Of a DNA stretch of 64,000 nucleotides, positions 37,171 through 50,457 are shown piece by piece. The stretch lies in the NCBI RefSeq assembly GCF_044704955.1, contig NW_027254589.1, positions 62,001 through 126,000 on the forward strand, in the 5' to 3' direction. Both the position numbers and the translations under genes were made by a program. How positions within the stretch are numbered: the first letter of the stretch is position 1; each line of letters starts with the position of its first letter. This stretch comes from Pristiophorus japonicus (taxonomy: Eukaryota). Below the pieces are notes generated by a model. That model did no database searches. It saw nothing but the letters and a program-made list of their open reading frames with translations, and had not been told where the DNA came from.

Positions 37171-40100
37171 TCACTGCAGACACGGTGTGTCGGTGGTGGA
37201 GGGAGTCGTTGTTTAATCTGGGATAGTGAGTTAGTGCTCACTGCAGACACGGTGTGTTGGTGGTGGAGGGAGTCGTTGTTTAATCTGGGATAGTGAGTTA
37301 GTGCTCACTGCAGACACAGTGTGTCGGTGGTGGAGGGAGTCGTTGTTTAATCTGGGATAGTGAGTTAGTGCTCACTGCAGACACAGTGTGTCGGTGGTGG
37401 AGGGAGTCGCTGTTTAATCTGGGATAGTGATTTAGTGCTCACTGCAGACACAGTGTGTCGGTGGTGGAGGGAGTCGTTGTTTAATCTGGGATAGTGAGTT
37501 AGTGCTCACTGCAGACACAGTGTGTCGGTGGTGGAGGGAGTCGTTGTTTAATCTGGGATAGTGAGTTAGTGCTCACTGCAGACACGGTGTGTCGGTGGTG
37601 GAGGGAGTCGTTGTTTAATCTGGGATAGTGAGTTAGTGCTCACTGCAGACACAGTGTGTCGGTGGTGGAGGGAGTCGTTGTTTAATCTGGGATAGTGAGT
37701 TAGTGCTCACTGCAGACACGGTGTGTCGGTGGTGGAGGGAGACGTTGTTTAATCTGGGATAGTGAGTTAGTGCTCACTGCAGACACGGTGTGTCGGTGGT
37801 GGAGGGAGTCGTTGTTTAATCTGGGATAGTGATTTAGTACTCACTGCAGACACGGTGTGTCGGTGGTGGAGGGAGTCGTTGTTTAATCTGGGATAGTGAG
37901 TTAGTGCTCACTGCAGACACAGTGTGTCGGTGGTGGAGGGAGTCGTTGTTTAATCTGGGATAGTGAGTTAGTGCTCACTGCAGACACGGTGTGTCGGTGG
38001 TGGAGGGAGTCGTTGTTTAATCTGGGATAGTGAGTTAGTGCTCACTGCAGACACGGTGTGTTGGTGATGGAGGGAGTCGTTGTTTAATCTGGGATAGTGA
38101 GTTAGTGCTCACTGCAGACACGGTCTGTCGGTGGTGGAGGGAGTCGTTGTTTAATCTGGGATAGTGAGTTCGTGCTCACTGCAGACACGGTGTGTCGGTG
38201 GTGGAGGGAGTCGTTGTTTAATCTGGGATAGTGAGTTAGTGCTCACTGCAGACACGGTGTGTCGGGGGTGGAGGGAGTCGTTGTTTAATCTGGGATAGTG
38301 AGTTAGTGCTCACTGCAGACACGGTGTGTCAGTGGTGGAGGGAGTCGTTGTTTAATCTGGGATAGTGAGTTAGTACTCACTGCAGACACGGTGTGTCAGT
38401 GGTGGAGGGAGACGTTGTTTAATCTGGGATAGTGAGTTAGTGCTCACTGCAGACACGGTGTGTCGGTGGTGGAGGGAGTCGTTGTTTAATCTGGGATAGT
38501 GAGTTAGTGCTCACTGCAGACACAGTGTGTCGGTGGTGGAGGGAGTCGTTGTTTAATTTGGGATAGTGAGTTAGTGCTCACTGCAGACACGGTGTGCTGG
38601 TGGTGGAGGGAGTCGTTGTTTAATCTGGGATAGTGAGTTAGTGCTCACTGCAGACACGGTGTGTCGGTGGTGGAGGGAGTCGTTGTTTAATCTGGGATAG
38701 TGAGTTAGTGCTCACTGCAGACACGGTGTGTCGGTGGTGGAGGGAGTCGTTGTTTAATCTGGGATAGTGAGTTAGTGCTCACTGCAGACACGGTGTGTCG
38801 GTGGTGGAGGGAGTCGTTGTTTAATCTGGGATAGTGAGTTAGTGCTCACTGCAGACACGGTGTGTCGGTGGTGGAGGGAGACGTTGTTTAATCTGGGATA
38901 GTGAGTTAGTGCTCACTGCAGACACGGTGTGTCGGTGGTGGAGGGAGTCGTTGTTTAATCTGGGATAGTGAGTTAGTGCTCACTGCAGACACGGTGTGTC
39001 GGTGGTGGAGGGAGTCGTTGTTTAATCTGGGATAGTGAGTTAGTGCTCACTGAAGACACGGTGTGTTGGTGGTGGAGGGAGTCGTTGTTTAATCTGGGAT
39101 AGTGAGTTAGTGCTCACTGCAGACACAGTGTGTCGGTGGTGGAGGGAGTCGTTGTTTAATCTGGGATAGTGAGTTAGTGCTCACTGCAGACACAGTGTGT
39201 CGGTGGTGGAGGGAGTCGCTGTTTAATCTGGGATAGTGATTTAGTGCTCACTGCAGACACAGTGTGTCGGTGGTGGAGGGAGTCGTTGTTTAATCTGGGA
39301 TAGTGAGTTAGTGCTCACTGCAGACACAGTGTGTCGGTGGTGGAGGGAGTCGTTGTTTAATCTGGGATAGTGAGTTAGTGCTCACTGCAGACACGGTGTG
39401 TCGGGGGTGGAGGGAGTCGTTGTTTAATCTGGGATAGTGAGTTAGTGCTCACTGCAGACACGGTGTGTCGGTGGTGGAGGGAGTCGTTGTTTAATCTGGG
39501 ATAGTGAGTTCGTACTCACTGCAGACACGGTGTGTCGGTGGTGGAGGGAGTCGTTGTTTAATCTGGGATAGTGAGTTAGTGCTCACTGCAGACACAGTGT
39601 GTCGGTGGTGGAGGGAGTCGTTGTTTAATCTGGGATAGTGAGTTAGTGCTCACTGCAGACACGGTGTGTCGGTGGTGGAGGGAGTCGTTGTTTAATCTGG
39701 GATAGTGAGTTAGTGCTCACTGCAGACACGGTGTGTTGGTGATGGAGGGAGTCGTTGTTTAATCTGGGATAGTGAGTTAGTGCTCACTGCAGACACGGTG
39801 TGTCGGTGGTGGAGGGAGTCGTTGTTTAATCTGGGATAGTGAGTTCGTGCTCACTGCAGACACGGTGTGTCGGTGGTGGAGGGAGTCGTTGTTTAATCTG
39901 GGATAGTGAGTTAGTGTTCACTGCAGACATGGTGTGTCGGTGGTGGAGGGAGTCGTTGTTTAATCTGGGATAGTGAGTTAGTGTTCACTGCAGACACGGT
40001 GTGTCGGTGGTGGAGGGAGTCGTTGTTTAATCTGGGATAGTGAGTTAGTGCTCACTGCAGACACGGTGTGTCGGTGGTGGAGGGAGTCGTTGTTTAATCT

Positions 40101-40643
40101 GGGATAGTGAGTTAGTGCTCACTGCAGACACGGTGTGTCGGTGGTGGAGGGAGACGTTGTTTAATCTGGGATAGTGAGTTAGTGCTCACTGCAGACACTG
40201 TGTGTCGGTGGTGGAGGGAGTCGTTGTTTAATCTGGGATAGTGAGTTAGTGCTCACTGCAGACACGGTGTGCCGGTGGTGAATGGGAGACGTTGTTTAAT
40301 CTGGGATAGTGAGTTAGTGCTCACTGCAGACACGGTGTGTCGGTGGTGGAGGGAGTCGTTGTTTAATCTGGGATAGTGAGTTAGTGCTCACTGCAGACAC
40401 GGTGTGTCGGTGGTGGAGGGAGTCGTTGTTTAATCTGGGATAGTGAGTTAGTGCTCACTGCAGACACGGTGTGTCGGTGGTGGAGGGAGACGTTGTTTAA
40501 TCTGGGATAGTGAGTTAGTGCTCACTGCAGACACGGTGTGTCGGTGGTGGAGGGAGTCGTTGTTTAATCTGGGATAGTGAGTTAGTGCTCACTGCAGACA
40601 CGGTGTGCTGGTGGTGGAGGGAGTCGTTGGTTAATCTGGGATA
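37171..40643. repeat. 67-bp tandem repeat, about 52 copies
   Basis: Unit ctcactgcagacacggtgtgtcggtggtggagggagtcgttgtttaatctgggatagtgagttagtg. ctgcagacac recurs at 37241 and 37911 (670 = 10 x 67). Confidence 0.98.
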
Positions 40644-40839
40644 ATGTCGAGCTTTAAGTGTTGTTGCAGCTACACACATCCAGGCAAGTGGAATTTTGAG
40701 TGATATGGTCGACGTTGGTCTAGCCCATTCTTTGTGTTTGTATCTATCTCTCCCTCTCCCTATAAATTGTGATTCTCTCTGTTCGAAATATGTATCTGGA
40801 ATTTTGAAATTGATATAAAAACATACAAAAATAAAATGT

Positions 40840-41450
40840 TCTTGCATTTATATGGTGCCCTCATCGAGAAAAATGTTCCAAGGTGCTTCACAGGAACATA
40901 ATCAGACAAGAATTACACACCGAGACACTAAAGGAGACGTGATCAAATGCTTGGTCAAAGAGCTAGGCTTTAAGCAGCATCTTAAGGAGAGAGATGCGGA
41001 GAAGTGAAGAGGTTTGGGAATGAAGATTCGGGTCTAGACAGCTGAAGTCACGGTGACTAAAATGAGGGATGTACAATAGGCCAAATGTGGAGAAATCAGA
41101 GGCCTCGGAGGGTTATAGAGTTGTAGGAGGTTACAGAGAAAGGGATGGGCGAGGCCACGGAGAGATTTAAACACCAGGATGAGAATTTTAAATTTGAGGT
41201 GTTGGTGACCAATATTAGCTCCCAGTCACCGAGCACAGGGGATGATGGGTGAATGGGACTAGTGTAAGTTAAGCTAATGGCAGCAGAGTTTTGGATGAGT
41301 TCAAGTTAATGGAGGGTGGAAGATGTGAGGCCGGCCAGGAGAGCATTGGAATAGTTGTGTCTGTAGGGAACAAGAGCATGGGTGAGGGTTTCAGTCGCAG
41401 ATGGGCAGGGGCAGAGACGGGCGATATTACAGAAGTGGAAGAAGGCGGTC
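40840..41450 (-). mobile_element. Diverged L2 3' fragment
   Basis: Colinear with the L2 at 27697-27805 and 31626-32190. Confidence 0.75.
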
Positions 41451-43506
41451 CAAGTGTGCCCAGATCACAAGCTCACAATTTCCTTTCCTGTAAAATTGTG
41501 AAAACACAGTAACAAGGAGGAACTCTTACAAAATCATTTGTTCTTGTTCTTCTCTCTTATTTGTGACATTTGTAACCAGACTGATTGTACTGGCTGCCTT
41601 AAATGTCACTGTGCACAGCCCAAGTGACCATCAGCAGGGGTGGGTATTATCTCCAGTTTAATGTGTATGTACACACGTCATCAAACCCACAAACAAAGCC
41701 GCTCTTTCAAAAATGGTCAAGCCATAAATAATCTGCAGTGGTATTATTTAGAATTGACTTCCTCTTTCATTGCTTCCTTAAAGACACTTCCGTAACAGGA
41801 ACAGATTTTGGTCCTTTATACACATGATTGGCATCCAAAACTGGGCCACGGACACCCTCTTCTGCTAAAACTGGTCGAATTATTTTTAGAAGCCGTACCA
41901 CAACAGGAAAATGCCCAACCAGGGTATTTCTTGTAAATGCTGACCTGATATACTATAATAAGTGGTAATGTTAAGAACTTAGGAAGGATTAGGGATGAAT
42001 TATACATAATCTACAACGCACACAGGCCCTGAGGCCCAATGGGTCTGCGCCGGTGTTGATACACCACACAAGCTCCTCCCACTCGAATTACCATCAGCCA
42101 TGGCTCAGTGGGTAGCACTCTCTCGGTGGGAGGGGCCAGGAGTGAGCAGGTACTGCTGGTTGTTTGATTAATGCTGGGGGTGGAGTGAGTTTGTAAAAAG
42201 TTGCTGTTGGCTTTTGGGGATTTTCTTTTCAGGTTTTGGGGCCTTTTTGGCCCATAAACAGCAGCCAAATGTCTGCTGAGGGACCCGGAGTGCTGGGCCC
42301 CTCAGAAAACAATGTTCCTAGGGTGAATTTAATCAGAGGAGAAAATGTTGCTGGTAGGGAGAATAAAAGGTCCAAAGATTTGGGCCGGGACCCCAGGAGA
42401 TTTGGAAAAGAAAACACGGTGGTGGTGCAGTGCGAGGATAAGGAGATACGAGCTTGGGACATTATCCAGGCAGTACATGAGGACTGCGGTGAGAGAAGCT
42501 GCTTTGCCTGCCGACCAAAGCCCAATGTTGGGTTCGAGGTGACGGTCAGTGGCTGAGAGGAGGTGGGAAGACTTTTACTGAGTTTGAAGGTTGGTGATAA
42601 GTTCTTGGATGTATCTCTGCTGTACTCTGAAGAGGTGGTGGTCTCATTCTTAAACCTGATGGTTTATATTGAGGACCATGTGCTAATAAAAAAGTTGGAG
42701 TCGTGGGACATTAAAATTTGCTCGGCAATAAATATGAGATACTATCCAGGAACGCAGGTAGCAGGTGGAACCCGTTATGTAAAGATACGGTTCCCAGAGG
42801 GGATGAAGTTATTACCCTGCAGCATGAAATTTGAGACAATGGAAGGACTGCAGTACTTCCAGGTACTGCATGGTAACCAGGTGAAGATTTGCTGTTATTG
42901 TCTCGGACACGACCACCTTGGAAGAAGCTGTCCAGACCTGTACTGCTATAATTACGGGCAGTCTTGACACATTGCCTGGAGCTGCAAGGCAGAGAGCTGT
43001 GGGGTGTGTCACAAAGGCCCCACCCTCTGAGTGTGAGGCAGAAGGAAGCCCCTCGAGTGACGAGGAGATGGGAGAATGAGCAGGAGGTGTGAGTGGAGTG
43101 GCTGGAGGAGCAGAGCAGGCGGAGGACACTGCCGGCGAACGGAATGAAAAAAGAGCGCTACAAGAGGCAGAAAATTGTGGAGCAGAGAACAGGATGGAGA
43201 TAGTGGAAAGCATATCAAGTGTGGTGGAAAAGGACAAAGACAGCGGGGGGCAGCATGGGTCAAGGGCAGAGTCGAGCCATTGTATGGTTCGGCTCACCCT
43301 AAGGAATTGGGTGTCCGTGGGGAGAGCGGAGTCGGGAGCGGGGTAAGTGTAAGTACTCCAAAGAAATACGGGGAGTCAGACATCTTGGGGAGCAGGAGGA
43401 GGCAAGACAAGGAGAGGGTGCAAGAGGCAGGAGCCTTAAAGAGGCAGCAGGACAAGAGTGGGGAGACAAAGAAGCCAAAATGGAGCAAGATGCGTGAAGA
43501 TGTGCA

Positions 43507-46500
43507 TGTTATGTGTGCAATAAAGATTCAAACTGAGTACTGTTTAACTAAGCAAGGTACAACCTTGGCTCTGCTTTATTTAGGCCCAAAGTGCCTGTCT
43601 CTCAAAATGGCTGGTCTTTTATACCTGAGCAGCACCATGTGCGTGCTGCTCAGTGGCCTCCAACAATGACGCCATCTGGTGGCTACAAACAGAATGTACA
43701 TACATGACAATGCGCTCCTCGGAGATCTTATCACAGTCTTCACAGGTTGAGACGGTCCCGTGCTTTGCGCTCCCGGGTTGACAGTCTCAGTTCGATTCCA
43801 GTCTTGTGAGTGTGCGGGGTCTGTTGTGGCTGATGGCTAGATGACTGACTTGTTGTGGGTGGCAGTGGCCATGTCAGGAATTGCAAGTCCATTTTTATTG
43901 AACAGGTCCATGATGGAAATTTCAGATTCACTGAGTCCTCTGAAGACTGCTGGAAGTCATAGCGAGGGGATTTAGTACAGGGGCAGGGAGGTGTTACTAC
44001 AGTTGTACAGGTGAGGCCACACCTGGAGTATTGTGTACAGTTTTGGTCTCCTAACTTGAGAAAGGACATTCTTGCTAATGAGGGAGTGCAGCAAAGGTTC
44101 ACCAGACTGATTCTCGGGATGGCGGGACTGACATATCAAGAAGGACTGGATCAACTGGGCTTGTATTCACTGGAATTCAGAAGAATGAGAGGGGATCTCA
44201 TAGAAACGTTTAAAATACTGACGGGTTTAGACAGGTTAGATGCAGGAAGAATGTTCCCAATGTTGGGGAAGTCCAGAACGAGGGGTCACAATCTAAGGAT
44301 AAGGGGTAAGCGATTTAGGACCGAGATGAGGAGAAACTTCTTCACCTAGAGAGTGGTGAACCTGTGGAATTCCCTTCCACAGAAAGTTCTTGAGGCCAAT
44401 TCACTAAATATATTCAAAAAGGAGTTGGATGTAGTCCTTACTACTAGGCGGATCAAGGGGTATAGTGAGAAAGCAGGAATGGGGTACTGAAGTTGCATTG
44501 AATGGTGGTGCAGCCTCGAAGGGCCAAATGGCCTACTCCTGCACCTATTTTCTATGTTTCTATGGAAGGTTGATTGGTCGTCGATGGTTTCTTCGTCCGA
44601 CTGTTCTGGCTCATCTGTGTGCCTCAGCTTTGTCTGATTCATGTGTTTCCTGCAAGTTTCCCAATTCTTGAGCTTAATAACAAATACTCTGTTGCCCTCC
44701 TTGGCCATGAGCGTGCCAGCGATCCATTTGGGACCCTGACCATAGTTCAACACATATACAGGATCATTAACAAGAAATCTCGCGTGACACAGTTGCGCGA
44801 TCGTGGTACCCTTGTTGACTTTGTCTTCTGTATTCAACATGATTATTTAAATCCGTCTGGACCAGAGATAGCTTGGTCTTAAGACCTCTTTTCATCATGA
44901 GTTCAGCAGGCGAGACCCCTGTCAGTGTGTGGGGTCTTGTCCTGTAACCAGCAGTATGCAGGACAAGTGGGTCTGCAGTGACCCTTGGTTTACTCTCCTC
45001 ATGCTTTGCTTGATAATTTGTGCTGCATGTTCTGCTTGCCCGTTGGACACAGGCTTGAACGGTGCTGACCTTACATGTTTTATGCCATTAAGTTTCACAA
45101 ACTCCTGAAACTCCTGACTGGTGAAACACGATCCATTGTCGCTCACCACTATGTCAGGCAGACTATGTGTCGCAAACATGACATTGAGATTCTCTTTGGT
45201 TGCCGTGGACATGCTGGATGACATGATTATGCATTCTATCCACTTCGAATAAGCCTTCACCGCCACTAAAAATATCTTGCCCAGGAAGGGACCTGCAAAA
45301 TCTAGATGGATCCTGGACCAAGGTTTGGATGGCCACGACCACAGACTCAGCAGCGATTCTGCTGGTGTTTTGCTGAGCTGCATGCAAGTGTTGCACTGAT
45401 GCGCGCATGCTTCCAGCTCAGAATCAATTCCTGGCCACCATACATGAGACCTGGCGATGGCCTTCATCATCGCTATGTCCAGATGTGTGCTGTGTAACTC
45501 ACGCACAAACTTCTCTCTTCCTTTCTTGGGCATTACAACGCGATTGCCCCACAATATGCAATCTGCTTGAATAGACAGTATGTCCTTGCGATGAATGTAC
45601 GGTTTGGCCTCCTCGCACATTTGCTTAGGTATGGCAGACCAATCCCCTTTGAGGATGCGACCCTTTTACCTCCGATAAAATGGGGTCCAGGCTGGTCCAA
45701 GTCTTAACTTGTTGAGACGTAACAGGGGTTCCTTCACTCTCAAAAGCATCCATGATTAACATTAGGTCTGCCAGTTGTGGCATTCCCACCTCTGGTGTGG
45801 GCAACGGCAACCGGCTCAAAGCATCGGCACAATTCTCTGTGCCAGGTCTGTGGCGAATGACATAATCATAGGCAGATAATGTCAGCGCCCACCTTTGGAT
45901 GCGGGATGAAGCATTGGTATGGATATCTTTGCTCTCGGAAAACAATGGAATGAGCGGCTTGTGATCAGTCTCTAATTTGAACCTCAGACCGAACAGGTAT
46001 TGATGCATTTTTTTAACACTGTACACACACGCTAAAGCTGCTTTTTCTACCATACTGTGGGCTCTTTCTGCTTTAGACAAACTTTTGGATGCATACGCGA
46101 CAGGTTGAAGTTTCCCCGACTCATTGGCTTGTTGGGGTACGCAACCAATTTCATATCATGATGCGTCGCAGGCCAAAATTAAACGTTTACATGGGTCATA
46201 ATGTACCAGCAGCTTGTTCAAGCAAAACAGATTGGTGGCTTTCTCGGAAGCTCTGTCTTACGATGCGCCTTTTCTCAATAGCATGTGCAGTGGTGCTAGT
46301 AAGGTGCTCAACTTAGGTAGGAAGTTACCAAAGCAGTTGAGTAGATCCAGGAACGAACGCGGCTCTGTCACATTCTGCGGCTTGGGTGCATTCTTGATGG
46401 CTTTGGTTTTCACGTTAGTAGGTCTAATGCCATCAGCGGCGAATTTCCTCCCGAGAAATTCGACCTTAGGTACCATGAAGACCCACTTCGAGCATTTAAG

Positions 46501-48593
46501 TCTGAGTCCCACTCTAACCAAATGCAGTAGAACCGCTTCCAGATTGTTCAGATGTTCCTTGGAATCACGACCGGTGATCAGGATGTCATCTTGGAATATG
46601 ACGGTTCTGGGAATGGACTTCAATAGACTTTCCATATTCCTCTGGAATATTGTTGCAGCCGAGCGAATTCCGAAAGAGCACCTGTGGTAAATAAACAGTC
46701 CTTTGTGCGTGTTAATGCACGTAAGACTCTTCGATGTCTCGACCAACTCCTGTGTCATATAGGCCGACATCAAATCCAGTTTTGTGAACGACTTCCCTCC
46801 GGCTAGCGTTGCAAACAAGTCATCAGCCTTTGGTAACGGGTACTGATCTTGTTTCGAAACCCTGTTGATTGTAGCCTTGTAATCGCCACAGATTCTGACT
46901 GTGCCAGCACAGGAACAATGGGGCTGGCCCATTAATTAAATTTGATTGATGATATGATCCTTTCACGCTGGAGTCTGTCCAGTTCAATTTCTATCTTCTC
47001 CCTCATCATATCCGGCACTGCCTGAGCTTAATGATGGACAGGTCTTGCATCTGAGTCCACGTGAATCTGCACCTTGGCTCCCGTGAAGTTGCCGATACCC
47101 GGTTCGAACAGCGAGGGGAACTTGCTCAATACTTGGTCACATGTATCTTCTTCTGATGACAATACCTTTGTCGTTCCAGTCGCATCTGATTTTCTCCAAC
47201 CAGCTCCTGCCGAGCAGCATTGGGCCATTGCCTGGAACAATCCACAGCGGTATCTCGTGAACCACACCGTTATATGACATGTTAATTTGTGCACTGACAA
47301 TCACCTTTATCAGTTCTTTGGTGTACTTGCGCAGCTTGGCGTTAAAAAGCTCAGCCTGGCCCTCAGTATTAGTATCTCACAGCTTATAAAATGCCCTCTC
47401 GTTCATGATCGATTGACTCGCCCCCGTGTCCAGCTCCATCGATGCTGTATCCCATTAAACTTCACATTAATCAAAATTGGTTTACTCTTGGTTATGAAGG
47501 AGTACAGTCCATACACTTCCTCCTCTGGCATCTCGGATTGCGTATCCGGATCCGCGGTAGTCTTGACTCTCATCCTCCACGTGGTGTGTTGCAGCTCGCT
47601 TGCTCATTTGCGGACACTTGCACTGGAGATACCCCACTTTCAGACAACCTTTGCAACTATATTGCTTAAATCAGCAATGCTGGTGCCGATGATTTCCCCC
47701 ATAACGCCAACACGGAGAAGTCGGATACATTCCCGCTGGCGGACTTTGGGCAGCCACAGGTTTCGCAAACACAGCCGGATAGGCCCTGCCATGTGCCGCT
47801 CTGCCGAACGCCGAATCAATCACATTTACAGTACTTGCCGAGATTCGGTTTTTCACCGCTATTTGCTTTAGACTCCTGTCCGTCGTCATATACAATTGAG
47901 CGATCTGGATGGCCATTTTTAAATCCAACTCCTCCACCGCCAGAAGTTTGCGCAGGATCACCTCGTGGTTGATACCAATAACAAAGAAGTCCCGCAGCAT
48001 GTCTGCCAACACGGTCCCGCTAGATGTCTCAGGTTGGCAATGAATTCCGCCGCGCTCTGGCCCTCCAATCGAATGTGTGTATAAAACCTGTATCTCGAGA
48101 TGATGATGCCGTCATCTGGCTTGAGGTGCACCGCACCAATATACATGACTCCTCGTACGTTTTCTCTGTTGAATCACTCGGCATCAGTAGATTCTTTATC
48201 AGACCGTAGATCTTTGAACCGCACACAGTGAGGAACACGGCCCGGCACCAATCTGCATCGTCGACCCCCTGCATTTTGTTGGCCATGAAGTACTGGTTCA
48301 AATGGCTCACAAAGTCTGCCCAATCTTCTCCCTCCACAAATCACTCTAAAAAATCTAGTCATGCTCATTTTGCAAACAAAGGTTCTTGTATTCTCGTCGC
48401 CAAATAAAGGTTCAAAGTGAGTACTGTTTAACTAAGCAAAGTACAACCTGGCTCTGCTTTATTTAGGCCCAAAGGTGCTTGATTCTCAAAATGGCTGGAC
48501 TTTTATACCTGAGTAGCACCATGTGCGTGCTGCTCAGTGGCCTCCAACAATGATGCCATCTTTTGGCTACAAACAGAATGTACATACATAACT
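43507..48593 (-). mobile_element. Gypsy LTR retrotransposon of a second family (about 200-bp LTRs), decayed
   Basis: LTRs at 43507-43709 and about 48403-48593. PBS TGGCGACGAG at 48393-48402. Gag, protease, RT (VRICGDYK; FQDDIL), RNase H (ETDHKPL) and integrase (RIHLDFAGP; SDNGSCF). Confidence 0.95.
43958..44562 (+). mobile_element. Young CR1 3' fragment nested in Gypsy
   Basis: ORF 44011..44349 ([13 protein letters not shown]...), tail ttctatgtttctatg, and tggaag at both junctions. Confidence 0.9.
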
Positions 48594-48711
48594 GCGCCGT
48601 TGTCCCAGAGGGAGAAGAAACGGGGAGCAAGGGTCAGCAGTGGAGCTGAGGCCGAAGGGTGCGGCACTGTTGAAGAAACCATGATAGCAGGAAGACTGTC
48701 TAAGGGAGATT

Positions 48712-49070
48712 ATGGCCCCAAATTTGGTGCACTCACCGTCCGCTGCCACCGGGTTTTATGGGGGGTCTCCCCTCAGTGCGAATTTGATGGAGGCCTCCCA
48801 TGGGCGGGTAGGGAAGACCGCTGGGAACTGTCCGCTGGCGCGCAACTCATGTAAGTGTCCTCCCGCCCGCCGACCTGCCAATTTGGTCCGGATGAGCGTC
48901 TGCTGCAGCAGGGGGAAGGATTGCCATGTGGAGACATGTCTAACCTCAACGGTAAGTAAGAAAACTTGCAAAAAAAGGTTAGTAAACTTCTTTTATTTTT
49001 TTTTTTCCAGTGATTCATGTGGATGGGGTCCACTGTTGGGTTGCAAAATTCATGGGAAACCCCCCCCAAC
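48712..49070. mobile_element. Fragment of a non-autonomous DNA-transposon-like repeat
   Basis: GC-rich segment beginning ggccccaaatttgg, similar in organisation to 217-540. Family not established. Confidence 0.3.
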
Positions 49071-49239
49071 AGTGTTTGGACTCAGTGGAAAGGAAATTTA
49101 ATTTGGAACTATCTACCAGAAAGTTTGAGATCCTAAAGTGCACATGGAAGAAACTACGAACTTTAATCGAATTTGGGATTTTACAAAGAAGATTGAGTCT
49201 ATGTGGGCAGGGCTAAAGAACTAAAGGATAACTATCCTT

Positions 49240-49930
49240 CAAAGAAGCCAGTTTGAGTATTGAAGCTGTCTGGGGTATTGAAACTAAAGCAAATTGTCTG
49301 GAGAATTGTGGATACTCGAAACTCTTCTTCCCAATTAACATAGCAACAATTGACCCAGAGGTAGCTAACCATCATCCTGATCTGGAAAACCATTCCAGCA
49401 CATACATAAGAACAATGGCACAATCAGCCCGCATGATAAACCCAAGCACAGACAGTCACTGCAAATACCAAAGCTAATATTTCCATCAAGAAACAGATTT
49501 AGAAGATCGACACATCCGAGACAGGTTAACATTTGATGAGCCCGCTGAAATATCAAGCCCGCCAAAATTAAACAAAGAATCCGGGCTGATTTGGCGTGAA
49601 GATTAGAATAGCTCCAAAGGTATAACTGGGCCCTGCTTTAACAAAGGGTATGCAATGCGATGCTTGCTTTTGCTTCAGAAGACACTGCTAGGGACGCTTA
49701 GCAGAAGGTATGCACACAGCAGTATAGCATAATAGAACATCAAGAAGGGAGAAAGATCACCACTGCAGTTTTAGCTAGCTTCTCCAGCATTGACGTCCTG
49801 AAATCGGAAAAAGGAAGGAAGAACATCACCATTGCAGCAGCAACCAACCACAGCCAACGTTGTACCACCAAAAGCACCGCGATCGACCAACTTCAAAACA
49901 AAACTCCACAAGGAAGAAACCGAAGAATTG
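49240..49930 (+). mobile_element. Possible old Gypsy gag remnant
   Basis: Fragments read by eye: ETDLEDRHIRDRLTF and KGMQCDAC. Confidence 0.35.
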
Positions 49931-49935
49931 AAAGA

Positions 49936-50395
49936 TACTTCATCTGCCATGCATTTGCCCACTCACCTAATCTATCGAAGTCACTCTGTAGCCTCATAGC
50001 ATCCTCCTCGCAGCTCGCACTGCCACCCAACTTAGTGTCATCCGCAAATTTGGAGATGCTACATTTAATCCCCTCGTCTAAATCATTAATGTACAATGTA
50101 AACAGCTGGGGCCCCAGCACAGAACCTTGCGGTACCCCACTAGTCACTGCGTGCCATTCTGAAAAGTACCCATTTGCTCCTACTCTTTGCTTCCTGTCTG
50201 CCAACCAGTTCTCAATCCACGTCAGCACACTACCCCCAATCCTATGTGCTTTAACTTTGCACATTAATCTCTTGTGTGGGACCTTGTCGAAAGCTTTCTG
50301 AAAGACCAAATACACCACATCAACTGGTTCTCCCTTGTCCACTCGGCTGGAAACATCCTCAAAAAATTCCAGAAGATTTGTCAAACATGATTTCC
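49936..50395 (-). mobile_element. CR1 RT internal fragment
   Basis: ORF 49893..50384 (FQKAFDKVPH...KFADDTK), nearly identical to 56830-57270. Confidence 0.92.
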
Positions 50396-50457
50396 CTATT
50401 TGATAATATGTGTTTGCAAGTGACGAAAAAGATTTGTATGATACATGATGTTGTAAA

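Noticed and set aside
37171-40643. CACAGTG heptamers in some units as RSS, or the array as CRISPR
   Set aside because: No nonamer at 12 or 23 nt on either strand, and the heptamer is a G>A variant of CACGGTG. The units are contiguous with no unique spacers, and the context is eukaryotic.
42236-42967. Host ZCCHC3-like gene
   Set aside because: In-frame stops, a TSD and a poly(A) tail indicate a Tx1 ORF1.
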